From: Protoeuglena noctilucae
Lineage: Eukaryota
DNA: 64,000 bases
Assembly: GCA_958009085.1 (NCBI GenBank)
Contig: OY253676.1
Coordinates: forward strand, 1-64,000
Reading direction: 5' to 3'
The position numbers and the translations under genes were made by a program. The notes below the pieces were generated by a model that was given only the letters and a program-made list of their open reading frames with translations, was not told the DNA's origin and ran no database searches. This document shows, piece by piece, positions 1 through 11,708 of this stretch; position 1 is the first letter of the stretch, and each line of letters opens with the position of its first letter.

Positions 1-268
1 ACCCTACCCTAACCCTAACCCTAACCCTAACCCTAACCCTAACCCTAACCCTAACCCTAACCCTAACCCTAACCCTAACCCTAACCCTAACCCTAACCCT
101 AACCCTAACCCTAACCCTAACCCTAACCCTAACCCTAACCCTAACCCTAACCCTAACCCTAACCCTAACCCAAACCCTAACCCTAACCCTAACCCTACCC
201 TAACCCTGCCCTAACCCTGACCTAAACCCAAAAAAATACCCTAACCTAACCCTAACCTTACCTAACCC
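1..268. repeat. Telomeric repeat array (CCCTAA)n / (TTAGGG)n, degenerate in its proximal ~100 bp
   Basis: Near-perfect CCCTAA tandem from position 1 to ~170, then variants (CCCAAA, CCCTA, CCCTG, CCTAA) up to the junction with unique sequence at ~268. Confidence 0.98.
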
Positions 269-1633
269 AGACCGGGACCCGCTCCTCCGTGCCCGCCTCG
301 AGGTGCCTGCGGGAGAGGGCGAGGCGCGGGGTGGTCGCACGCGCACTGTGATGCGGGGGCGACGCTGGCTGGCCCTCTCCTGCCCACCGAACAGTCAGCG
401 CTTCGAGGGCGTCTGTGCCGTGCGCCTCCACGACCTCAACGCCCCTGTGGATGGCGATCTTAGGGTGCCGAGAGGCCTTGACTTGCATGGGCTTCGAGGC
501 CAGCAGCTCCCTCTCCCGCGCAAACACGTGGACCTTGCTCCCATACTGCGGGGGCGGGACGAGGTCGCTGGGGTCAGCCTCGCCGGCAGTCCACCCGGCG
601 CAGGGGCGGCGCTGCGCTTCGCAGTGCGCCCTGCCTTGGCCAGATACGTCGCGTACTCCATGGCCGTGTCGCCGCCCCCGATGACGGCCAGCGGGCAGTC
701 GCGGAAGCACGGGCTGGGCCCGTCGCACACGGCGCACGCGGACACGCCAAGGTTCCACAGGCGGTCCGCGCCGGGGAAGTGCAGGCGGCGGGCGTAGGCA
801 CCCGTGGCCACCACCAGCGCATCCGCCGTCACCTCCTGCAGGCGCGGCGGAGTCGCTGTGTCCGCCCCCACACAACTCGCGGCCCCGGGGCGGTTGCCAA
901 CCATCTGCACCTGCAGGGCGACGCGCACCTTGGTGCTCGTCCAGACGCGGAACGGCACGGTCGTGAGGTCCACGCGCTCGACCGTCTCGGTGAAGATGGT
1001 CGTGCCACACCGGACCGCCCGCTCGCGGCACGCGGTCATCAAGTCCAGGCCCATCACTCCTTTGGGAAATCCCGGGTAATTCTCCACCAGAGTCGTCATC
1101 GTCAGCTGCCCCCCGGGAGCCACGTCACAGGCCATAAACCCCTCAAACATGACGGGCTTGAGCTCCGCGCGCGCCGTGTAAATGGCGGCCGTGTGACCTG
1201 CGCAAGGGCTGGATCTTCGATCGATCGGAGAGCATCTCGGGCTCGGTGCGTTAATGTATGAATGGAACGGATGCAGGTCCAAGGGTTGCCGGTGCGCAGG
1301 AGATCCGGAGCGCGCGGGTCCACCTGGGACACCTAACTCGCAATGTGCGCGGATGCGCTGAGCTTGCGGCGCCATCTCACCCCCTGGACCGCTCCCGATA
1401 ATACAACATGCAGTGGACAACTTCTCGAGGGGTTCCTTGGCTTTCCCGTTGCCAACGGCGCGGCAAGGTGCTGCTTGCCCTAACGCAAGGCCCGTTCGCG
1501 CGTATCGGATGGCTTGACCGTGCTGATCGCTGACGCCCACATGCAACAAAAGAGTGCGCCTCCCCCGGGCGCTCTGCGCGGCCCGCCTGGCCAGGGCTGA
1601 CGGCCAGCCACTGGCCGGGAGGCATGCCAACAT
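258..1633 (-). pseudogene. Low-MW NADPH-thioredoxin reductase (NTR) gene, 3'-truncated by the telomere; start uncertain
   Basis: Exons ~1381-(1633), 929-1197, 635-835, 388-545 and 258-306 give [35 protein letters not shown], active site SACAVCDG and [10 protein letters not shown]. The frame runs into telomeric sequence before the GLF..IGH and TS..GVFAAGD motifs. Confidence 0.85.
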
Positions 1634-1899
1634 TGAAGGGGCTTTCCGATCGACGTCGCGCTCTCTTAAAGTTTCCCCGTAGTCATGCGCTAAATTTCGG
1701 ACGCTGTCTGCTAAGCAACTGCTTATAGAACTCCGGGAAATGAAATGAAACGTGCTTCCCTACATGGGACGTTCCTGACGCTGAGGCTGCGCTTGGAGCA
1801 TCACGTACACCACGCTAGCTCGAGGGCGATCCCGCAACCCATACTCGCGATGGCATACGGGACGAGGGTGGGGGCGAAAGCCACGGGGCGGCGCTCTCT

Positions 1900-3727
1900 T
1901 CAGCCAGCAGCGGGCTGAGGCCTGCACGACAGCGGGGGTATGGGAGCATCAGGTGTTCTGGTATTGGCCCTGACGCAGGAGGGGTGGCAGCAGCGCGGAA
2001 ACAGGCACTCACCATTCGGCAAAGACCATGAGTGTGAATGCGCCTTGGAACGTGGGCGACTGGATTGACCACACAAGCCGCGCAGCGGCCCTGCGCGGGA
2101 GGGACGGGGCGCAAATGCGAAACCAATGCTGACAACAACATTCATGAACAGCACGTGCTCCTGGCTGTGTCCCTCCTCACCCAAAAGCCATCCAAAGACC
2201 CACGAACCGGCCCCTTCGCCGCACGGCCGCCAGCAGCATGCATACGCAGCAGCCTGCTCTCCATTCCCCTCGATGGCGACCTCCGGCTTAGACCCCCTGG
2301 ATTTCATCTGGCCCCCCGGCTGAGGCCCGCCGACTCCTTGCTCTCCCCCCGCGCTGGGCCGCTTGGCCCAGGCCCAGACAGCTGCGGCTGCCACCCGGCC
2401 CTGCCATGCGCCCCACGGGCTAGACGCAGCGCCTTCCTCGCGACTCCATACGGGACTCCACAGGCCTCGGTCGCGCGTCACGCGCGACCCTGGGCCGGCC
2501 GTGGCAGCGGCCGAGGGCACGACCCGGCACCGCCACAACCTGTGCCCGTCGTCAATCTCTGCTTCCTCGTTCCCGTCATTCCCCGGCAATTTGCCGTCGC
2601 GCTGGCAGATGCTGGGCGATCGTGGTGGAGACGGGACCATGCCCGGCGTGGATGCCCCTCCTCCGCGGAGCACGGAGGACCCAGGGCTGCACGGCGATGG
2701 GTCAGGCCCAGTCGCGTTCATCCTCCAGTCAGACATCGCGCCCCCGAGGTCCTCGATGGTCACGGCCAGGGCCATGCGGGACGAGGTGCCGCCCTGGGAT
2801 GCCCCGGGGGACGAGAAGAGACCCTGGTCGTCCTGCGCGGGGAGCATGGCGGGAGACGGGTCGCGCTGCGCCAGGAACAAGACGCGGACTATGTGCTTGC
2901 TGGCTGGGCCCTCACCTCCCTCTCTGTGAGGTCGCTGGCGGGGGTCCACGAGAGGGACCGCATGGCCGGGGTGGTGCGAAGGAGCGCTTCGTGTAGGAGC
3001 GAGCGCGGCACTGAACCAAGGAAGCTTGAGCGCGGGGATGCGGTGCCGGGACCGGCGTCGCCTGCGAGGGGAGCAACCCAGATGATGAGTGGGGAGGTCA
3101 CGGGAAAGTCATGGGACAGACCCTCACCGTCAGCCGTGCGCGATGCGGCACCTGGGAGCGCGCCATCCCGCTGCCCAAAGACGGGCTCCACGTTGCCGTG
3201 CTCGTGTTGCAGGGTGGAGGGATCGCACGACTGCCAGCGGCCCCGCGAGGTCCGCGAAGGGGTTGCCCCCTCCCCGCCCTGCGCGGGCATCTCCTGCGAC
3301 CGCCGCGGGATCGGGAAATCTTTGAAGTGGATAGAGTACACTGGGGGCCTTGAAGCGCAATATGCTCCTCGGACTCGCCTGCAATCAGGCCGTCTTCCCC
3401 CTTGTTGCGCCAAACAGCTCGTCCGCGTCGCCTGTGGCTCCTCACGAGCCCGCTGGAAGTCACAATTTCAATGTAGTTACCCGCACTTGCATTTGCTTCC
3501 ACGAAGATGGCGCTGGAGAGCGACCCCGTGGCAAGGTGACGGGTAAACAGCAATTCGACCCTGCCGTGGCGTGATCCCACCTGCGGGCGTTTCAATGGCC
3601 GCGTATCTACCCACCTCTGCGCTGCGGACGGAGTGATGGCGGCCCTTTTGGCCGCAGCGGACAAAAAGCGGCCTCGTCGGTCACGCCAGTCTGCCAGAGG
3701 TTCTGACCCGCCACGCTTCGTCATCAT
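1900..3727 (-). CDS. Possible hypothetical Ser/Pro/Gly-rich protein; model very uncertain
   Basis: ORFs 2889-3413 and 1900-2949 can be joined in frame by a GT-AG intron at ~2833-2915 (SDLTERE|DDQGLFSS). A possible first exon lies at 3581-3727. No family motif recognised. Confidence 0.3.
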
Positions 3728-4147
3728 CGGCAGACAGTGCGTTTTATTTTGAGCGTACCTACCTGACTTGGGCCCGCGCCACCCGCGTGTATCGCCAATT
3801 TCGCTGGCTGCACCTGCGACGGCCTCCACACAGCGCCATACGCCGCCCGGCTGGGTCTGTGATGCGGGCTGAGCTGATGCAAGCGGGGCCGCTGCATAGA
3901 GCGGCCCCATCGCCTCGGGCCTGGCAGGGCCACTTCGTGAGGTGAGCGGGTGGCCATCTGGCTGGAAACGTCACAAGTTCTCGCGCTCGGGACCCGAGTT
4001 ATATGTGAGCTGTGCGGTGGACAACTTGACGCATCTCGGAGAGGCGCGCGAGGGATCCGTCGGGGTGGCCTCGCCGGGCGACGAGAGACCTGATGGGTCC
4101 GTGCACAGAATCATCCCCGCGACTCCCTCGGGCCGCCAGGCTTCTCC

Positions 4148-6768
4148 TATGTCATTCGAGCGTTCGCTGTCATCCCCAGGACCGCGTTACCGCTTGCCGG
4201 GAGGAGGAGATGCTCGATGGCGCGGCGTGCAGCAGAAGGGACCGCCCAGGTGCGGTTTCGGCCGCATCTTACACGCGCTTAAGTTCAAGTTTCGTAGGTT
4301 GTTTCCGTCTTTGGCTGTGCGCCGCACGGCCGGAAGCGATCGAGGGTGCTCTCCTCGAAAAGACCACCATCGCCGCTGCCCATCACTGGCGACATGCACG
4401 CCCCCGATCTCCCGCCTCGCGACGCACACAGCGGTTTCCTTCTACCCATGTGACACAGGCCCCGGCAGCGTCGGTCAACGGGACCCCGCGGCAGACTGTA
4501 GGTGAGTTTTCTGCCTTGTGCCGAGTTCCGCATGTGGTGCTTGCGGCATCCACTCCGATCCTTGCATGTCTCTCCTCAGGCCCCGCGATAGCCATGACCC
4601 ATCTTCTCAGCTCCATGTGTGACCCGTGCTCGCGCAGGCCCCCAGGAGGACACACGGGCGGCCCAGCCACCGACCGGCAGCCGGTGCTGCATCGTCGTCC
4701 TGGGGGCGTCGGGGGACCTGGGTGGGTGCCGCTGCGGCCGCGTGCGCTAGACTCGGGAGCCTTCTTTATCCCGGCGCGCCGAGCCCCACTGCCTAGCCAT
4801 GCCGCCCCCCGGACTGGTCCCCGCAGCACGCAAGAAGATCTTCCCCTCGCTCTTTGCGTTGTACTACGGGAACAACATCCCCCGCGACTTCGCCGTGGTC
4901 GGCTACGCCCGCTCGCGCATGACGGACGCCGAGTTCCGCTCCCGCATCGAGTCATCGCTCGCCTGCCGCGTGGACGCGGGGGCCGACTGCGGGGCCAAGA
5001 TGCAGCAGTTCCTGCAGCGCGTGCACTACGTCAGCGGGCAGTACGACTCGATCGAGGATTTCGCGGAGCTGGACCGCAAGCTGGGGGAGCTGGAGGAGGG
5101 GAGCGAGGGGGCCAACCGGTGGGGCCACGACTCGTGTCACGCATGGCTGCGTGCTGGGTGGCTCTTGCGAGCGCGGGAGCCTCCGTCCCCCTCCGCTGCC
5201 GCAGACTCTTCTACCTCTCTCTGCCTCCCTCCGTCTTCCTGCCCAGCTGTCAGTGCCTGTCTCGCCAGGCCGCCGCCCCCACGGGGTGGACGCGGGTGAT
5301 CGTGGAAAAGCCCTTCGGCCGTGACCTCTCGAGCTACCAGGAGCTCGACAGGTGAGCGACGCTCCCTGCTCGCCCTGCCGCGTCGGCGGTGTCTGGGGCA
5401 GGGGTGGCGTAAGCACCGACCGTGGGTGCCGGTGCAGGGGGATGAAGGAGGTGCTGCGGGAGGACCAGATCTTCCGGATCGACCACTACCTGGGCAAGGA
5501 GCTGGTGGAGAACCTGACGGCGCTGCGCTTCAGCAACCTGGTCTTCGAGCCCCTGTGGAGCCGACAGTACATCCGCAACGTGCAGATCACCTTCACCGAG
5601 AACTTCGGCACCCAGGGGAGGGGGGGGTACTACGACCAGTACGGCGTCCTCCGGGACATCATCCAGAACCACCTCCTGCAGGCGAGATGGCTTGGTGGTT
5701 CGGGGGCACGCGGCCCATGCGGTGGGGTCCACTCCGCGTGTCGACACGGCCTCGTTCCCCTTTGCAGGTCCTGGCGCTGTTTGCGATGGAGCCGCCGGTC
5801 TCGCTGGGGGCAGAGGACGTGCGCAACGAGAAGGTCAAGGTCCTCCGCTCCATCAGCCCCATCCGCCTGGAGGACGTCGTCTTGGGGCAGTACAAGGGAG
5901 TGCCGCGCGAGGGCCTGCCAGGTTCGGGGTCCGCGCGGCGCGTGTAGAGTGGGAGGCGCGCTGGGGTCCGCGCAGCCTCCGATGGTGCGACAACCCACGC
6001 GGCACCCTCGTCATGCGTTCACCATCATCATGATGCGTCCACTCAGTGCGTCCACCCTCATCATGTGACCGTCACCCCCGCGCCGCAGGCTACCTGGACG
6101 ACGACACGGTGCCTCCCTCGAGCACGACGCCCACGTTCGCTGCCATGGTCATGTTCATCAACAACCCCCGCTGGGACGGCGTGCCCATCCTGGTGCGCGC
6201 GGGCAAGGCCCTGGTCCGGCGGGTGGGGGAGATCCGCATCCAGTTCCGCCACGTGCCCGGGAACCTCTTCAAGGCCAAGTACCCGGAGCTCAACCAGAAC
6301 ACAAACGAGCTGGTCATCCAGATCCAGCCGGACGAGCAGATCTACATGCGCATCAACAACAAGCTCCCGGGGCTGGGCATGCGGCTGGGCACCACGCGGC
6401 TCGACCTCATCTACCACGACAAGTACCGGCGCATGAGCCTGCCGGACGCCTACGAGAGGCTCATCCTGGACGCCATCAACGGAGACCGCCGCCTCTTCAT
6501 CCGCGACGACGAGCTCCAGGCCGCGTGGGAGCTCTTCACGCCCCTCCTCAACGAGGTCGAGGTGGGGGGAGAGGGGATGGCATGGGAGAAGCAAGCGACG
6601 CGAGGCACGGGGGAGTGCGCCTGCCATGCCATGCCCCGCGCCTCGCCCCCGCAGACGCGGAAGCTGCAGCCGGAGCAGTACCCCTACGGGTCGCGTGGCC
6701 CCGTCGGCGCCTACTACCTAGCCGCGAGGTACAACGTGCGGTGGGGCGAGGCGGAGGAGAGCGAGTGA
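4148..6768 (+). CDS. G6PD: Glucose-6-phosphate 1-dehydrogenase, plastid type, multi-exon; start approximate
   Basis: [41 protein letters not shown], catalytic [57 protein letters not shown] at 6766-6768. Confidence 0.97.
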
Positions 6769-6802
6769 CGGCGAGGGCCCCCCTTTGATGCGTAAACCCA
6801 CC

Positions 6803-7748
6803 CTACTTGCTGGCGCTCCCCAGCGCGTGCTCCATCATGTACATGCGCGCCAAAGAGTTGAAGCCCCGCTTGTCGCCTGCCCGGAGCAGGTTGCCCGCGT
6901 CGCAGTTCAAAGGGCTGTCGGGCTCGGGATCGGCCAGCAGGGCCATGATGGCCTGTGGGGTCGGCGTCGGAGGGAGGGGTCGCAGGGTCCCAATCCGCAC
7001 ATGGAAGCATGCGCAAGCGCCACGCCACGCCGCCCCACCTGCATCGCGGACTGCAGGCCCCATGCTGGGCTCCACGCGGTCTTCAGGATGTCGAGGCAAA
7101 TGTCCCCCGTCTGCGAGACGACAGCGTGGCGAGCCATTCACCGCCACCCCGCGCCGGTGGCCTGGCCCAGCCGAGGCGACGCCCGCACCTTGAAGTGGAC
7201 GTTTGGATGGAATATCTTGGTCCGGAAGCGCGCCGTCGGAGGCACCATGGGGTACTGTGGTGGGATGGTGATGTCAATCACGTACGTTCCCCCCTCGTAA
7301 GGCGTGTCCTTCGGCGCGCCTGCGCGGGACAATGACGTATGGGCATGGATCATGTCGTGCTCCGACAGACAGGGCAACTGAACCGTCGCACACGCGGCAC
7401 ACGCTCACGGTTGCGGTCCATTGATAGAGGCTGTTCGGGCTCGGTTCCAGCGATATCCCCGTCTCCGACTGGTCCTTCTGCAGCTCAACGGGATAATTTT
7501 GTGCGTCACTGGCAGGGAAAGCCGTCAAAGCCGGCCGCGGGATCAGCGGAGGAGTGCACCCTAACGGTGCGCCCTCAGCTCCATTGACGACTCGATAGGT
7601 CCCTGGGCCTCGACGTCGTCGCAGAAATCAGGATGCATTGCGTGTGTATGCGATAACGCGTACCCAGGGCGCCGTCCATTCGCTGCTGGCCCCTTGCGGT
7701 CACCTGCAGAGACTTGAGCTCGCGCTGCAGGCGCTGCACCGCCGTCAT
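6803..7748 (-). CDS. PEX4: Peroxisomal ubiquitin-conjugating enzyme E2 (PEX4/UBC21-like), 5 exons
   Basis: MTAVQRLQRELKSLQ|KDQSETGI...DTPYEGG...YPMVPP...FRTKIFHPNVHFK|TGDICLDILKTAWSPAW...PEPDSPLNCDAGNLLRAGD. The HFKTG.ICLDIL and PDSPLNCD.GNLLR signatures are those of plant PEX4. Confidence 0.92.
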
Positions 7749-8097
7749 TTCTCGGCAGCTGCACTATGTCGGGAATCAGATTGGCAAATCCGTGTCCAGG
7801 CGCGTTCTCACGCGGGTCCCCGAGCTATCCTTGACCGAGTTAGGCTCTGCAGTGAAAGTTGGCAAGCGCGAGAGGGTTTTAACGAGCGAGGTAGGCGACA
7901 ACTGCAAGCAAACGTTAGGAATGAGGTCATCTGCGACGGGCGCCGGTGCTAGACCAGTTCTAAGACCTTACGCGCCAGCCCGCAAGTGCCATCGTGCCAG
8001 CCACTACTCCGTTCGATGCGCCGGGTCGTTCCGCTGTTCGCGCGCTGCTTTGTCGAGGAAGCTGCTGGTGTCGCGGGCTTTGCATGGCTCGCGACGG

Positions 8098-11000
8098 ATG
8101 GTCGCCATGACCCAGGATGGCCAGGGGGCGATCGATCTCGACCCGGCGCCCTTCGCAGGGCCCCGCTTTGATGCATCTGAATGGCTACAGGTACGAACTG
8201 CGACCTCGTGGCTTCAGGGGTGGGGTGCACGCGCCGCAGGCGTAGGGATGAGGGCCAGCGCGCAAGTCGCTGCAGGGAGTCGTGGAGAGCTTTCCGCCTG
8301 GCGTGGACGTCGGGCGATGCCTCGCGGATGTCGAGACTCGACTGCAGTTGATCCTCGAGGACATGGACGCCGGGCTCGGTGAGGCAGGGTCGTGCATGGG
8401 GGTTGCCAACGCGCGTCTCGACCTCGACCGGCTCCCGATGCCGCGCCCTTGGTCGCAGAGCGTGCCTGCCAACAAATTGCCGCGATGGTGCCTCGTGCCC
8501 AGCACGAGGTGCAAAGCATGGCCGCTGATGCCGCGTCGCTGGCCACGTCCGTGCGACGTGCGGGTGAGGACAGCGCCAAGGTGGCCGCGGAGGCCGCGGG
8601 GGCCACCAGCGGCCTGGCCGAGGTGGTCTCGTTGTCGAGGAAACTCGAGGCAGCTTTGGAGGTGAGCGACGGAGCTGGATGCGGGGACACGGCGCTGTGT
8701 GCGCTGCTGGCACAGGTCCCAACGTTGCTTTTCTCGGCCCGCGCAGATCATCGAGCGCGCAGCGTCGTTGGACCAGCAGCTCGGAGCTGCTCAGAGTGCG
8801 TTTGCATCCGGGGACCCCTTCACTTCCGCGTCACTCCTCGGCCGCATCGCCACCACGCTCTCCGCGGTGGGCGTCGCGCCCGTGGGCCAGGTGGGCCGCG
8901 TGAGCTGCGCGACCCTCTGTGGATGCAGAGTCCTTGACTTGTCGCAAACGCAGAGGATCGAATCTCGATGCCTGCAGGACGAGCCCGGGCCCAGTGGCGT
9001 GGACGCGCATCAACGCGCGGCAGAGTTGGAGGCGGACGTGGCGGCGCAGCTGCGGGTGCGGCTGACGCAGGCGGCAGCCAAGGGCGACGTAGAGTTGGGG
9101 CGGCGCGCGGTGGCTGCGCTGAGGTCGCTGCGGGGCGATGAGACGGGTGAGGGCGTGTGGGAGAGGGACGCACGCAACGCGCAGCTCACCGAGGCGGGGT
9201 TCGACTCCCAGCCCCTGCCTCGTGCGCAGGCGCGTCCGGTGCGTCTCTGGCACGCGGGGCGTTGGAGGCGGCCTTGGAGGCTGTGATGGGGCAGGCAGCT
9301 TCGGTGCTGTCGGGGGACGAGGCAGGGGCCCCGGCGGCGCGCGTGGGGTCCTACTTCGCCGCCCTCTCCCGCGCAACTACCCGAGCTGCCGCATTCGCTC
9401 GCGCCGCCGCTCCCGCCTCCTCCGCCCCTCCTGCCACTGCCTCGACACATCTGGGTGGTTCTGACAGCAGCAGCGCCCCAGGGGTGCCGCCAGCCCCCAA
9501 TCTGCACCCCTCGGCCACGGTCTCCGCTCTGGCAGGAGCCGGGCGGGGGGCGCAGGGGGCTCTGTCGGACGCACTGAAGCTGGCGATGGAGGGCGCGGGT
9601 GGCCGTAACCCTGCGCTGGCGGGCGTGGAGGCGCTGGCGGGGGCCGTGGAGGAGGCGGGGGCGTGGCTGCGGACCCTGCCGGAGGCGCTGGGCGTGGGCG
9701 ACGTCGCGGGCGAGGGGGCGCAGGCGTTCCTGCTCGCGGCGCTGGATGTGGCGCTGCCGGTGCTGCGGGGGGTCAAGGGGTACGGGGCACTGGAGCGGGC
9801 GGCGCTGCAGGCGGAGGTGGGGGCGTGCCTGGGGAGGGCCGCCCACGCCGACCCCGAGACGTTCGCGGCGGCGGTGCCCGGGGCGGTGCGGGAGGCGGGG
9901 GCAGCGCTGCGCGCGGCGACGTCCCGGTGCCACGCGGCGACGGGCATGACGGAGGGGGCCGGGATGCTGACCGCCGTGGACGCGGCGTTCGTGGAGATGT
10001 GCCTCAGGCGAGTCGCGACGTGGGGCAAGACTGCAATTGCCAGAGGACCGCGCAGGTCGCACCCCTTAATCACAGAGGGTGCTGTGTTTCCATCTGAGCA
10101 TTCAATTCCAGCGCTCCCTGCAGCCTCAGCCAGTCCCTGGCCCGCATCTCCGACACGCTCGTGGCCGCCCCCGCTGCCTACGCCCCCACCGCGCTGCGTC
10201 TGCTGGGGGAGGCCCTGCGCCTGCGGGAGGAGGTGGGGCGGCTGGAGGGGGACCTGCGAGAGGCGCTGACGGGTGAGGGGGAATGAGTGGTGGCACTTGG
10301 ACCTTCCTTGCACAGCCCTGCCTCACAGCGCCACCTCACAGCGCCACCTCACCCCACGCAGACGCCCTGCCGGTGCTGATGGAGCGGGGGCGCCCCTCGT
10401 GCCCCCTGGCGGACATGGGCCTCTTTGGGCTGGCCATCCGCGTCAATCCAAAGTTCCAGGCCAAGGTTGAGGCGCTCGTCGCGTCCGCTCAGGCAAGTAC
10501 CGCCGCTGAGGGCTGGACAGCCACGGTGAGGTGGGTTACCAGGGTCAGTTCGGTGTGCTGACGTCCACTCTTCTTCTCTCCTGCAGGACGGCACGCAGCC
10601 GCTGCTTCCCAAGGCGCGGCGGGCAGTGGCGGGCCTCGTTGGCAAGGCAGAGGAGATGGGTGAGGGGACCGGGTGGACATGCCCACCTGCCGCAGCTCGT
10701 CATGGCATCCCGCGCCCTCATCTCCACGCCACGTGCTGCTCCAGGCAGGGCTAGCGGCGCACACCCCCCATCCTGTCCGAGCAATCCCAAGACCCCCACC
10801 CTGCTTGGCCCCCCAGTGTCGCGTGTGCTGCTGGAGGAGGTGTCGATGCACACGGCGCAGGTGCCGGGGCTGGCCGTGTGGGCTGCGGAGGACGACGCCG
10901 CATCGATAGCTTCCTCCGCCGCCTTCGGTGCCTACCCCCAGGCGTGGGCCACGGCGGTGGGCGAGCACCTCATGGCGCTGCCCCAGGCGCTCGAGGGGCT

Positions 11001-11434
11001 GGACGCGGGGGAGGGCGAGGGGGGGTCGCCCGGGCCGTGGCTGGGGCGCCTGGCGCGGACGGCGGCCGAGGCGGCGGCGTCTGCCTGCGCGGGGGTGCGC
11101 ACGCTGGGGAGGCGCGGTGGGCGCCAGATGGCCGCCGACCTCGAGTACCTGGCCAGCGTGGTGAGGGGCGAGGGGAGCATCGTGACGTGTGTGCACCTGC
11201 GGCCAGATACCGCACTGCGCCTGTCGATGGCAGCCCTGCCGAACCCATGACGGTGGCGTGGTGTGGTGCCTGCAGCTGCGGGCGTTGGAGCTGGAACCCC
11301 CATCGAGCATGCGGGCGCTGGCTGCACTGTGTGCATGCCCCCCCGACGCATTCGCCGCCGAGGTCGCACGCTGGAGGGACCTGGCGCCGGGCTCCGTGCA
11401 GGCCGTGGCGGCTGCGCGAGGGCTGTCGTCCTGA
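8098..11434 (+). CDS. COG7: Conserved oligomeric Golgi complex subunit 7, multi-exon
   Basis: N-terminus LDPAPFAGPRFDASEWL...LADVETRLQL...VPRAQHEV and C-terminus FGAYPQAWATAVGEHLMALPQALE...QMAADLEYLASV|LRAL match plant COG7 motifs. Confidence 0.88.
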
Positions 11435-11708
11435 GGACCCGCTGCATGGCGCTTCGGTACCGGACTTGAAGCGCTTCTTTGGGCGCGGCCAGGCCGCGTG
11501 ATATTGAAGTGTGAGAGCACGCTTGCCCGCACGCGTCATGGCCGCCTTGGGCTCTGGGGCGGACGGATGACGGGGACATGGGAGTTTGGGGTCGGACGAT
11601 GGGGGTCGTGTATGCGCTGGACGTTGGGGGGGGCGTGGCAGTCTTCTCTGCGCTGCGATTGGCGCGTCAGGGATTGCGTCGTGCCGCTGCAAAACGCATC
11701 GACGCGAC

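Noticed and set aside
258..6768. NTR next to G6PDH as a redox gene cluster (also HPAT with the Pro-rich fasciclin protein)
   Set aside because: The genes are interspersed with unrelated housekeeping genes, the NTR is truncated, and there is no sign of co-regulation.
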